From NCBI GenBank assembly GCA_046563655.1, contig CM102286.1, positions 4,712,001 through 4,776,000 of the forward strand: a stretch of DNA of 64,000 nucleotides, read 5' to 3'. Position 1 is the first letter of the stretch. The number at the start of each line of letters is the position of its first letter. Origin of the DNA: Yuukianura sp. NJ FZ-2021. Its lineage: Eukaryota. The translations under genes were made by a program, and so were the position numbers. The notes beneath the pieces were generated by a model, which did no database searches, was not told the origin of the DNA, and worked only from the letters and a program-made list of their open reading frames with translations. Shown here in pieces: positions 1 through 13,069 of this stretch.

Positions 1-86
1 AATTTGGCGGGGCCCTTTGAAAATCCATCCTGGAACCCTGCTATGTATTCGAGTTGGTGGACTTGACACTTTTGGAACCCTCTGCT

Positions 87-3000
87 ATGGTTGATTTAGG
101 AGGCTACGTTATAATTATTGTGGAAACAAAGGACAAGAAGATCAAGCTCTATGGTGAGCCAATTTAACCTCTCTATTACCATCACTTAAAGTCCCTGTTG
201 AGACAATTACATTAGTATCGGAAATCAAATTACTCCGCCACTTCCTCCCCTTATGTCTTGTAACTCCGTACTAATCAACAAAATTGGTTCTAATTTACAA
301 CATTTCTTCGTGAGAAAAAATCCAGCAACAAGAACGTGATTAACCTCGTAATATTTTTCCCGGAGAAAGCTCCAGCATTTCTAACGCATTTCGATAAAAA
401 TCCAATTTCTGCGCCATTTTGTTCAAAATGACGCAGGAATTCAAAAGCAAAAGCTCAAATTCCTCCGGAAAACTTTACTGTGACACAACATGTGCAGTAG
501 GATTTTTCGAAGTTTTAAAGAAAGTAAACTTTTTTAAAATTCTAGTTATGTTTTCAACGCACATTTTTGTTTTTATGGCAAAGAAATTTGATTTTCTAGC
601 ACATAAGATGTGTTGACGCATCTGAATTGGTTTTTTCAACTCATTTTGTATTTTGGTTAGCACTCGAGAGAGGCGTCACGCTGTCAACTCCGCTTAGGGT
701 TGTAAAGTTCGCAAAGTATGAAATGTTTTGATGACAGTCTGAGAAATTTGGGCATGACAAGTAACCTTACAGCCGCTGGATAAACTCCCTGCTGTTGTTT
801 TCAAATTGAGTTCAAATGTTTAAAAATACAAACAAAAACAGAACTGTCTCTGAATTTTGAATCATAAGTTGAGTACCGTTGAAGTTAAGTCATAGCAGCT
901 AGTACAGTCATCGGTTCATAATTTGAAAAGTTTTAATTGAACTCTAAATTTTTTTCCTTCCTTACTGGAATATTTAATTAAAACAGTTTCTTATTTAGGA
1001 TTTGACTTTGCCAGAACACGAGCCAAAGTCAAGACCTATTTCTGCCAATGTTGTTGTACTAGAAACCTATTAACTTCCACTTTGTAGCATCAAGTCCCTC
1101 AGGTATACTTGTTTTAGGTTGACTGTTTTTCTAGTTTCTGAGTCATTTAGTATTACAGCGATCATTCGCAAAAACTGGAAATTGTGGTCTTGATTTTCTT
1201 CTCCTTTTAGGGAAATCAAGGATAAGTGGGAGCATCTTCTGAAAATTTATTGACAGGTTGTTAACACATAACTTTCAGAGTTAAAAACTGAAAATTGTTA
1301 CGCAATTTTTTCATTGAAAACCATTGTTCTTTTGTCGTAAAGAAAAAGAAGTTCAATGAATGACCTAATTTTCCTATGAAACTTTCCAATGTTTACAAAC
1401 TTCTCCGAAAACTTTTCGTTTAAAATCTGATCCATACTATAATCATGCAAATATAATGTCGCAGTTGGAAATTTCTGCGTAAACAGTTTACTTAGAAATG
1501 AGACCAATAATTCAGTAAATCGCAGGTTCACGAGGTACTATGTACAACAACTTTACGCCAAAGTAAGTCTGTTTACTTGCCATAAGATAACGTTCATATG
1601 TACAGATGATTCAAAATAATTTTATAACGAGTCAGAAAACAATACAGTTAGAAATCTAAGAAAAAGTTGAAAAGACAATTTTTCTGAGGAAATGGTCGTT
1701 AAAATTGAGTCACAAACCAAGGCATAACAAATCATATTACAATCGTCGTTCCAAGAATCCGAACTGTTTGGTCTATCCAAACGAAAGCTTTTTTTGCGTA
1801 GTTTTCCTTAATTTGGATACGCAGACACATCTCACTTTCACACTAAAATTAAAACACAAAGTTTCGCATCCCTTCATACTGTCGATTGCCATTTGCCTCT
1901 GTGCGAATTTACAAATCAAATTTTGTCCAAGTGAAAGTAAAATTAAAACGAGTAAAAGTCTGCCTAGTTTTCCCGCGCATCCATTTCACTGCCAGGTTTC
2001 AATCACTCAGTTGCCTTTTTTACCGATCTTAAACAAATGAAATAATTGAATTGTACTAAATTGTAGACTGGTTTCTGTGGAATTGAATTGTGGTTTTGGT
2101 TTTGTTCAAGTGTAGCTGATGGGTTTCTTTTTAAGAATTAAGTGCTATACGACCTCCTTGAGCATGAAACCACCAGGAACAGAGGAGAAACATAAATCGA
2201 TCGAATCCGTGTGGTAAAGGACTCCTAGCCTTAGCTCTGCTGGTTCCAGGACACAAGACAGATCCTGATCAGTCACAAGGAAGTTGAATAGAAAAGTCAT
2301 TTTATCATTACGTGCTCCACGACAACGGTGGCTGTCGTGGTGGTTGGGAAGTGAAAGCCACCACCACTTTTCTCCACGTCTTCAATGTAACTTTAATAAA
2401 ATGATCATGGGGAATGGAATGGGAGTATGGTCGGGTGGAGTAGTTTGACTGTTCGACTCTGCCGGAAATCTTCAAGTGCCTTTCCAGAGGCCCCGGGAAC
2501 GATCTGCCTTAAGACCTCTTCAACACTGAAGTTAATTCAAAATGCCATACTCTTCAAACCAGACACTTTTTAGTCCATTTTTCAAAAATTCTGAACTAGG
2601 ATGTGATAGACAGGCACAGATAGGAAGGAAAAAAGAAACTCAAGTTGAATCGATTGTGCCATAATTGCTACTTAAGTTTCTGCTGGTTTGCCATGTCAAA
2701 GGTTAACGACGTCGACGTGCTAACCTAACTCGTTTGGAAGGAAGTACTTGACTGATTTGTGTCTGAACACAATTTGTACAAGTAGTTAAGTGGTGGGCTT
2801 CAGTTTGTTTTAGTGTTTACGTTTCAAGTTTCATTGGTTGTAACCTTATTCGTATGTATTGATTTACTGTAATTGGGTGTTACACAGGCTCACCGGCGGA
2901 CAAAGCCGATCTCGAGGTGGGTGACGAAATTCTGGAGGTAAATGGTCGCTCCTTGGAAGATGCAACGCACACCGAAGTCATATCACATATTCATCAGGTA

Positions 3001-6000
3001 GTTTTTGTTAATTACTTTTGAAAAGAAAAAAGTTCTAAGTTAGACAAGCAACAATTTTTCAACTTGGAAAAAAAACTGTCAAAAGCAAAACCCACTAAAC
3101 TACAAAAAAAAAATTTTTTTTAAGTTTAGAAACGCAAAGAATTTCTCCGCTCTATTCTCATTTTTAAAAAAATTATTCATCTTCATGCTAAAAATCAAAT
3201 TCACCGGAATTTCAAATTTCAACCCAAGAAATTGCCAATTTGATCGTTAGTTAACTTATCTGACTCTCTGACTTATGTGACTTTCAGTGTATCAGATCCA
3301 GAACAATATGCCTCCGCGTAAAAAGAAGAAGCGGAAACAAATTGGGTAAGTGAATTTTCCCGACGAATGTCGTATATCAAACTCACTATTTTGAAATTCT
3401 AAAACACAACGTTCAGCAAAAAGCCATCGACGGTACTTGAATTATTCAGAATCAATATCCTCCAACCCATGTTCAACTAACGGTGAAACTGCTTTCATCC
3501 AAATGCTACTTTGCACTTTCACCAAAATCAACTTTCACTGAAAGTGACAATTAAACCAACTTTAATTAAACCTTCGCTCCCAGCTCATTCTTCACACCTT
3601 ATTTGCTCTTTTAGTCAAATCTATGAAAACATGCGATTGTATAGCACATTTTGTGGAAATACCATACACGCCTTGGTCACTTTTTTGTTAAGATTGAGCA
3701 TTTTCAAAAATTGTAGGCGTGGTCACTTTTGCTCCATATCAAACATGAAACTCCTTTTTCCTCATAAATCACAAATCCATTCGAATGGAAATCTTTTGAT
3801 CAAAAGTCTTTCTCTTTCAAATCCAACCACATTTTATGATCAAAATTTGGAACTTAATGCCCCACAAAATTTTTTAACTGAACAAACTCGTTTTTTGCAA
3901 GGTTGCTAAATTGTGTCATTTTTAAAGTCTCAATTCCTTCTTATACAAGTTACTATTTTTTTTGCAAAGCTAAATGTTACAGTAACAAAACAACAAAAAC
4001 CAAGTTGTAAATTTCGGTAGTTAAAAAAATTGTGATTGACGTAAATCTGGTTTAGCGACTTTGGCGTCAGATGAGTACGAGTTTTTAAACGTAACCAGGT
4101 TACTACACTTAAATCTTACACAATTGAAATGAAATAAATCTTTTAAGGGGAAAAGCAAGTAATTAATCGGTCTATGCTAAGCTAACTGTACATCCTGTTT
4201 ATGTCAAAAGCTCCAAATCCATGATTATACTTTACCTCTCTCGGAATTTAATGAGGGCGAAGATGCGTTTGAGCGGGGGTTGAACAAGAATATGGATTAC
4301 GGCAATGTTAATCCTACAAGCTTTAGCTTTTCCTGAAGTTTCAGCATACTTGAAACTTAGTTGATTGTCCACAACAGGTAAAATCTGAAAGCCTTAATTG
4401 AAAAGAAGGTGTAAGCACCTAGGGAAGAATAAGAAAGGCAGGGTGGAATGCTACCCGGGGAGCAGACGGCCCTGGGGAATGAATACAGGGTCACTCTCTG
4501 ATTTTTCATGTTACTATAGCCATTGTTACTCTGCTGCATTTTGGCTTCAGTCAAAGACGGAATTCATCTGGGAAAAGCTAGGCTCATCCTTCAGCTTTCA
4601 GCTTACTACGATCACTTTTTGAGCATTCCCAGCAGTTGTTGATGTTGTTGGTAGTATGTTCGTATGTGATAGGCATGTTATAGTCACTCTGCGGATACAG
4701 AATGTCATGATTTTTACATACACGAACACACGATGCTTTTAGTTTAGTCTCTGGTCCATTCCTACTTGCATCCCATCATTCCAAGAGCACCACAGATCGC
4801 CCGAGTCTAAAAGATTCGAATACCGAAAAGCTACTCTAAAAGTTACTTGCAGTTCATAGTCACTTCCTTGATATGCTCACTCCCCTTCCCTCGATCTTCA
4901 CTGCCACTTTAACACTTGTGGAGGCATACACAGATTCATGACTTGAATATCTTACATTTTAGTCAGACCAACCTGTCCCTTCCCCCAGAAAAACTAACTT
5001 TTGTGTAGTACCTACACACAGGGTCATTCCAGGTTTAAAACCCTCTTTTGTGCATATTTTTGTAGGAGGGGAGACCTTGTAAGGAAAAGGTGGTGTAAGT
5101 TTTAAATTTTTGAAAGTGTAAAGTGGATTCCGTGATATTCCAATGTGCTTTGGTCTGTCTCGAGATCTGTCATTCATAAAGGTGTGAATAGTAAGAGTAA
5201 GTGCCATTAGCTAAGAGTCATAGAACTGTCTAGTTTTGCCACATTTTGAACATTTTTGGAAGATCTAGTGCTGAGGTATTTGGAATTTCGGGATTACAGA
5301 GTAAGCCTTTTACTCTCCATTGTTTCTGCTCCTCTGCGTCCAAAAGTTTTTGGACGAAAACTCTTCTCCTACACTTTGCTGTTTGTTTTAGAGTGTTTTG
5401 TGTAGTTGGAGTTTGGATGACATTATAGGAGCGGAGTACACAAGCGTACTGGTGAAATTTAACACGAAACAGGTGGATACTGTACTAGAATTGTTAGTTC
5501 TAGACTAGAATTGTAGTGGTATTGAAGTATGATGGAATTGTATAGGACGCTGGAGTAAGTGAGCTGTTATGTTGACGCCCTGTGTGCTGGATAACGTAGG
5601 CTTTTGTTCCCGAATAGATTAAATGGTGTTATCTAGCTAATCTTGGTTTAAGCAGTGACGCAACGCTCATGTCACTGCTGATTTGGTAAAAAAATTTCAT
5701 TCAAGGCAGTATTACATACACTAGTTACTATGTTAGAGTGAAGTGCCTCGAACAAATTTTAGCTGTTGTGCAGTGAAATATTGTTTCTGTCATACCAACT
5801 ACACAGTTTTTCTTGGAAAAAATTCTTAGACTTTTTTTTTTAAACTGACATTGAAGTTTCTTGAGTGGAGTTTTTTGTAAAGCCAAACGTGAGTAATCAC
5901 AACACATGTAAAATTATAAGTGGGAGTGACTTTGTTTTTTAGTTTTGAAATATGTACTTTGTAATGTGCAAATTTAACTTTGTGTAGTCAATGATATTGA

Positions 6001-9000
6001 AAAATATCTAAAGCTTTACATCGCTTAGTTTTACAATTATTGACTTGAAAAACGTTATGTAGTTATTGAGAAACGTACCGTAACCAATTCCTTTCTGTTC
6101 TTAAAATCCAAATCCTGTTGTATTCAATCCTTTGTTTTATGATTTTTAGACTTTTGTGTGCCAGGAACACACTTTTATTTATTATATTCATCCTCAGTGT
6201 AAATTTCTACATCCACTGTACATTTCATGTACAAAATGTCCTTATTTGGTTAGTGTTAACTACGAAAGCAAATCCATTTTTAAAGGTAGTGACTGTTAGT
6301 AATAATGACGACGACAGTTCAAAGCAGACACACTTGACAAGAAAAGCTCTTGACTTACTTTCTCCCCTGTAATACAGTACACTGACTACAATTTGAATTT
6401 GAGGTCAAAGAACTAACTCACAGAAGTTGACAAAAGACTTGATTAACTAAAATCTTAACCTTATTTGATTTTTACGTCAAGTTGGACAGAAGAGGTCACC
6501 ATTGTGTATTTTATGATGTAGTGTGATTGGTTCGTACAAAATTTCCTAACGGCACATCGGCACATGCGCATTACTCATGCGTCATAGTTCTAAAACCGGA
6601 ATTGAGTCTTCAAAACCCCGTCAAATTTGAAATTGACATTCTACTTATAGCGTAGGTAATTTAAAAAATAGTCTTGGATCAATTGGATTTTTTGTCGTCG
6701 TTGCTTAGAAACAGTTACATAAAGTGGATTCCTCGGTAGGTTCAGTTGTTCCATTTGTTAGAGATGAGAGGCATATTATTGCTTATGACCCCAAATAAGC
6801 ACTTTCATTTATATTTTTGGCATCAAAGGCTAAACTGCAACTGTAACATCAAAAAGAACTTTGATGCGGTACCGTTTTGAAAACGCTCATGGTTTTGGTA
6901 GAAGTCTTCAGGCGGTTTGTGAGTCTCAAAAAGACTTTTTTCAATTGTAATTCCTGGAATATTGCGGATTTTATAGAATGATATGCGATAGACGGTTCCC
7001 TTTAAGGGATTTTTTCTAAAAAGAAATTTCTTTTCAAAAAAATTTCAATTTCTGTTTTTTTTTTACTTTCAGCCCTTGACTTGGCTTCTCAGAGCAATGT
7101 CCAAGATGCCTTTGTTATTGCTGTCGAACAGCAAGCTAGAGATCGACTCGAGAAGCTGTCGGCTCTCAAGCGGATCAAACCGGTGGATATGACAAAATTG
7201 TCACAACAGGTAAACCTAATCTGTGCTTTGAAAATTACTTGGGAAGTTTCTGCTTCTGATTGAGTTATGGCATGACATGAAAATGACACGGACTTTGCCT
7301 AGAGTCAAAAACTTTTCAGTTCAGTTCAGTTTTAGATTCTTCAAGTTACACTTAACATTACGGTAGAATTTTGAAAACTTTTCGTTAACTTGGAATTTTC
7401 TTAAAATTTTCAATTTAGTTGATTTCTAGCAACGTTTTGCTTTAAATTGGAACCTGAAGAGTAGATCTGTTACTGCCAACTTCCGTTCTCTTTTTTCTGG
7501 ATTCTGGATTGAATAAGCTAATGAAATCCTATTCAAGATCTAAATTTAATTTGGCCTCTTTGTCAATGTAGCTGAGCGAAGTGAGTCCGGAGACATCCGA
7601 ATTAAATGGTTTGATTGAAGTAAGCTTATCCTAACCTTTGGAGTTGCATTAGTCCTTGCCACTTCTTCCTATTCGGCAATCAATTTAATTTTGTTCCTTA
7701 CATACTATAGGCTGCCACTGGAAGTCCAATCTACGTTACTTCTCTCCCAGTTGAGTTCCAGGATTTGGGCGGTTCAGTTCCAGGCCAAGTCACGTCAACA
7801 ACTGCTGGAGAAGGCGTTGCCAGTAGTTACAGCACAGTGCCAGTATCACCACGACGAGATTCAGAAACGACAGTGCCAAGCCCAAGCCTTGGGCTCATCC
7901 AAGCCAAAAAGTCTTCACCAACGTCACGTCGCTTGAGCGTTGACGCTGCGCTTGCGACAACTGGACGCTCCCCGGTTGTCAATGGACACAAAAGACTCCC
8001 TACTGGAACTAGTGTTAGTGCAGTGAAAAGTGAAGGTGACGGACTTCTAAACGCTGACGACAATAAAGTGAATGGACAGCAGTCGTCGGGCAGTAACTCC
8101 ATCTGTAGTGTAAAACCTAGGAAAGGTCCAAAGCCTCCAATCCCAGAAGATCTCAGGTAAGTTTTTGAACAATTCAAAAAGATATTTTAAAAAACTTGAA
8201 ATAAAGTTAGAAGCTGGCAGGATTTCTGGATTCCGAGTAAGCTCGGATCGAGAAAGTGTAAAGCAGTGTTTTCGAAAGTTCCAAATGGGGGAATGCGCAT
8301 TTCATGGTTCAGTTGTGTAACTTCTTTGCTTTCACTTTTAGTTTACCGACGAGCACAGATTCTCGTGAAGGTATTGACGGATCACGTCAAGCGGTCAAGC
8401 GTAGCCGTGGAAGTAAAACGTCTTCTCGTGAATCCTTGGCTGACTCTACTCAGTATGCCAATATGACCAACATGGTTGACTGGGACAATGGACCACATCG
8501 GGAGATGGCAGTAGACGTTCCAGGTTAGCCCACCTCATAAAACCAGAGATGTCAAACATATTTAGTCTCCATCCCCGTAATGTAACAAAAAAATATTTTG
8601 TTGCTAAATATTTATTTAATTGCTCTTGCTTAATGTTAAATAAGTAAATATTTGGGCGATTTTAAAAACATATTTTTTCTCAGCATTTCTGAGGTTTTAA
8701 GCACATGTTTTTGACAACCCTGCTCATAACACACTCAAACCATAATTACAAGTTAGCTAGAATTAATAAAGTAAGTAACAAATGAATTATTTTCCAGAGT
8801 CATTTGTACCCCGGAACAAAACACCGCCGCGGTATCCCGCTTCGTCCAAAACTGCTCCAACGGCTAACCACCGAACTAGCGCAGCTCCCAAAGCCGTTCG
8901 ACCTAGCAGCGGCGCGGCCTACTCACCCGACTTCTACGCTGCAGCGACGACTCCGAATGGTGCTTTTGGAAAACCCGTCCCACCTCCACGTACGGCCGAC

Positions 9001-12000
9001 ACTGATGGATGGAATGCCGTTAATAACAATAATACTCAACCGCCTCAAGCCACACCACGAGCACCCGCCGTCAGTCCGAACAAATCAGTGGAAGTCTCAC
9101 CATCATTCGATCAGGCAGATCGAATAAAAAAATATCAGGTTAGTAACTTAAAATTTCAATTAGAGCTCTGACTTCTCAATTCGCTTTGTCTAAAAATATC
9201 TTCTGAAGATGACTTTTTTTAAATTCACAAGAAAAGAATTCCGGCATTTGTCATAACTTTAATGAAATTTTTAATGAAAACGGTATCTGTGAATGACTTT
9301 GAAGTTTTTCTACTTTCTTTGACAGTAGATGAAGAAAGATGACTTTCTTTTTAATCTGATTGGAAAAGGCTTTCGATTGAACGTGTTTTTATTACGGAGA
9401 GTTTTTCTTGAACTTTTTTCCAGGTGATGAAGTTAATCCGTCTGATTTCTTTTCTTTGTTGTTTCTTCAGGAAGACTTGCGGAAACGTCGAGAGCAGTCA
9501 GAACTTCAAGCTCAAGAAGAAGAATTCCTTCGTACGTCACTCCGTGGCTCCAAGAAGTTACAAGCCCTTGAAAGCGTCCAAACTCTCAATCCACCTCAAG
9601 CGATTACTACTCCAGCCCTATCCGGTTTCGTCAATGATGCCTACGAGTCCATACCGGATGACCATCATACCTATGCTTCCACTCATGATGCCCTCCTCAA
9701 AAAGCCAATCGGTAAAATCACAAACGAAAGCGGTTACGGAAGCTTGAAATAATAACTTCCTTAAAACATTTCAAAATTTCAAAATTTGGCTCCATTTTAG
9801 GTGTATCTGAACTCGTCGCTAGCTTGCAAAGGGTTCAAGAAGCTCTGAAGAAAAATGGATTGGAATTGGAGGACACCGTGTCCGCCGTGGCATCGCTCAT
9901 GAAAAAACCAGAGTTTCGTCAAGTTTTAGCTGTTCACAACAAAGTACAAGAAGTTTGGTGTTTCAATTCTCCGCCAAGTCCTATTTCTGTCCACGTTAAT
10001 CAACTTGTTCAAGAGGTAAGAAAAACCATAAAGTTTGAAGTTTTTCCTCCTTTGATGACTCCGTTTCAGAAAAATCGTTGACAAAGCAATACTTTCTCTT
10101 TCCTGTTGCAGTGCTTGGGAACTCTTTACAATTCCTCAATACCAGAATCTGCTGAGTTGGTTGAACTGCTGACACGAGTAGATTTGGAAGGTGTACTGTA
10201 TGCTCATGACAGAATTGCTGAAAGGGAGAGACTTCTTCTGTCTTCAGAGACGCCGATGAACCTAGGCGAGTCAGTGGATGAACTAATTGTGCCCAAGTCA
10301 TCCATACGACCTCCAAATATTCCCGAGCCACAACCCGATGATCACATCAAAGTGGTCCGCCTGGAGAAGACGCAGGACCCACTCGTAAGCCACAGTTGAT
10401 CCAGGGGGGCTCAAGCCACAAAGCCAGGGATAACTTAATGAATTGATTTATTTATATCCAGGGAGCCACTGTGAGGAATGAAGGAGACGCTGTGATTATT
10501 GGGCGGATTGTTAAAGGCGGAGCAGCAGAAAAGAGCGGGTTACTGCGGGAGGGAGACGAAGTACTCGAGGTCAATGGAATTGAAATGCGTGGGAAATCTG
10601 TCAACGAAGTTTGTGACATTCTTAACCGCATGGTCGGCACTTTGACGTTTCTGATCATACCCGATCCGGGTACGTCAGCATTTCCACCTACCTCACATCG
10701 ACGAGATATCTTGGTAAGCCCGTTTTCAAAAATAAAAAATATTACTCAAAATTTTTGAAAATTGTTTCTGTTTTTCAGATCCACGTCAGAGCTCACTTTG
10801 ACTATGACCCAGAAGACGACATCTACGTCCCGTGTCGTGAGCTGGGAATTGCATTTTCCAAAGGCGACGTTCTCCATGTGATAAGTCAAGATGACCCGAA
10901 TTGGTGGCAGGCCCACCGCGAAGGAGAAGAAGATCAAGCCTTAGCTGGGCTTATCCCCTCCAAATCCTTCCAGGAACAGTAAGTATACTCAAGGGAGTTC
11001 TTCCAGCAAAAAAAGCTTACCATATCCGTTCAATTTTGCAACCTAAACTGAAAAACTTTTCAACTAACTTATTTGCAGAAGAGAAGCTGTGAAACAAACG
11101 CTATTAGGAGAGACGGAAACGCGTGAAAAGTCCAAACGCGGCACGCTACTACTCTGCGCCAAAACGCACAAACGAAAAAAGAAGAAAATTCCATATAGTA
11201 CTACGTTTAATGACGGTAATTTAGGGCACTGCGGCTAAAATACTCTAACTTATTCAGCACATTCATGCATAAATGTTGCTCTTGCAATCATGAGTAATGT
11301 TTCCTTTTGCAATTTAGACTTTGATGCCGAAGAAATTCCAACCTATGAAGAAGTGTCTCTCTACTATCCTCGTGCTAGTTTTAAGCGTCCAGTAGTTCTC
11401 ATAGGGCCACCAAATATTGGGCGCCACGAACTACGTCAGAGACTAATGCAAGAGTCCGACAGATTTGCTGCTGCCGTTCCACGTAATGTGCAAAATAAAA
11501 GGAAAAAGATCAACTAAAAAGTGAAACTAAAATTTCCAAAATTTGCTCTTTAGATACTAGCCGTAGTAGGAAAGACGGTGAAGTTGATGGTAAGTTTTCT
11601 AACGAAAGTGAACAATATTCTCAGAGAATCAGACCTGGATACTTGATTAATTTGATTAACTTAATTAACAGGTCAAGACTACCACTTCATCACCCGAGCT
11701 CAATTTGAAGCTGATATTTTAGGACGTAAATTTGTAGAACACGGTGAATTTGAAAAGGCCTACTACGGTACGAGTCTAGACGCCATTCGTAGTGTCGTTA
11801 ATCTCGGACGGATTTGTGTACTTAACCTCCATCCGCAATCACTCAAAATTTTAAGAAATTCGGACCTAAAACCGTACATAGTTTTCGTTGCTCCGCCGCC
11901 ATTAGAAAGACTTAAACAACTTCGCATTTCCAGAGGAGAGGCATTTAAGGTAACAAACAACATTTAAAACTTTTTGTAGTCAAATTATAAGTTTGTGTGT

Positions 12001-12197
12001 CCATATTCTTTCTTTAGGAAGATGAATTGATCGGCATCATAGAGAAAGCGAGAGAAATGGAAGAGAAATACGGGCATTACTTTGATTTGGTGATAATTAA
12101 TAACGACATCGAGAGGACTTACCATGACTTGATGCAGAGGATAAACTATATCGAAAGAGAACCTCAATGGGTTCCATCTTTTTGGCTTAAACAGTAG
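87..12197 (+). CDS. sdt: Stardust / MAGUK p55 subfamily member 5 (PALS1) homolog: N-terminal PDZ-like, ECR1, ECR2, L27N/L27C, PDZ, SH3, Hook, GUK
   Basis: Frame-consistent GT-AG exon chain: 87-153, 2888-2997, 3288-3345, 7073-7209, 7572-7619, 7711-8156, 8342-8523, 8798-9138, 9471-9711, 9801-10015, 10112-10384, 10462-10713, 10779-10978, 11079-11215, 11318-11482, 11554-11589, 11672-11949, 12018-12197 (TAG). Motifs: ECR1 HREMAVDVP (Par-6-binding), ECR2 EDLRKRRE...[21 protein letters not shown] ([29 protein letters not shown]), SH3 ([22 protein letters not shown]), GUK ([20 protein letters not shown]...EPQWVPSFW). Linking the first six exons to the core is inferred from phase only. Confidence 0.93.
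8544..8722. mobile_element. Degenerate 179-bp hAT-like MITE in an sdt intron
   Basis: Left end CAGAGATGTCAAA matches the reverse complement of the right end CAGGGTTGTCAAA at 11/13. Flanks are CTCATAAAAC (8534-8543) and CTCATAAC (8723-8730), consistent with an 8-bp TSD plus an AA insertion in one copy. Internal AT-rich inverted repeat AAATATTTATTTAA...TTAAATAAGTAAATATTT. Confidence 0.55.
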
Positions 12198-13069
12198 ACC
12201 TTTGACCTCCAACGTTCCATTTTAAAAACATTATTTGAAGTAGCCACAGATTCTTCACAGTTTCCGTTTTCCCGCCAAGAAGATCCGTTTGCATAAAACG
12301 GTAGCCATATCTATGTAGCCCGATGACCTTGTGTGACCCTTAATCATTTGGACTTGGAATCAATCATACAGGATTACTTACACCCAGAAATGTTACCGTG
12401 TTTAGATTACTCTGATTTTTTTTAGTTACTTTATAGTAACTGACAAACGGAACCAAAGTTTGTCCTTTTGTGCCAATCGTCAAAAGAAAACAAAATTCAA
12501 ACGAAGCAATATTTGAATGGATAATGATAAATTGACTAAAATATTATGATTAAGTGTACTACTTAAATAACAATTGATTATAATATATTTAGTAGGAATT
12601 AATAATTATAAAACGAAATGAGTATTGTCGAATGCAAGTTGTTTAGAAAGTATTAAACTCAATTGAATTCCTTCGTAAATCAAGCTTCCGTCGACCACAG
12701 TATATTTTTTTCTCTAGCAATTAATCGAATTGATAAATTAAGCATGATTGACGACATTTGTAATTAAACCCGTAGTCGATTTCCAGATACCAAAAGTATT
12801 CTGATTGTTGCAAAGAATTCTGTGACGGTGAAAGTTTGGAAAGTTTCAACTTGAAACGAGGCAACGTGCTACGTGCATAATGTGTGATTTCTCGGCGGGA
12901 AAACCTTTCATCACAAGTCTCAAATTATGTTTTGGATTTGTTTTGTTTACATTTTACAATTTACAAAATGTGAAAATTAAAATTTCAAGTTAGGTTGAGG
13001 TCGATAGAAAGTGTTATGTATTTCTCTTCAGCAGTTAGTTGACTTGTTTGCTCGACACTGAAATCAAAG

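Noticed and set aside
3308..3345. Alternate frame of sdt exon 3 reads [13 protein letters not shown], like an SV40 NLS
   Set aside because: It stops within two codons when spliced to the next exon, and is explained by the A/G-rich codons of the main frame (RVKRRSGNK).
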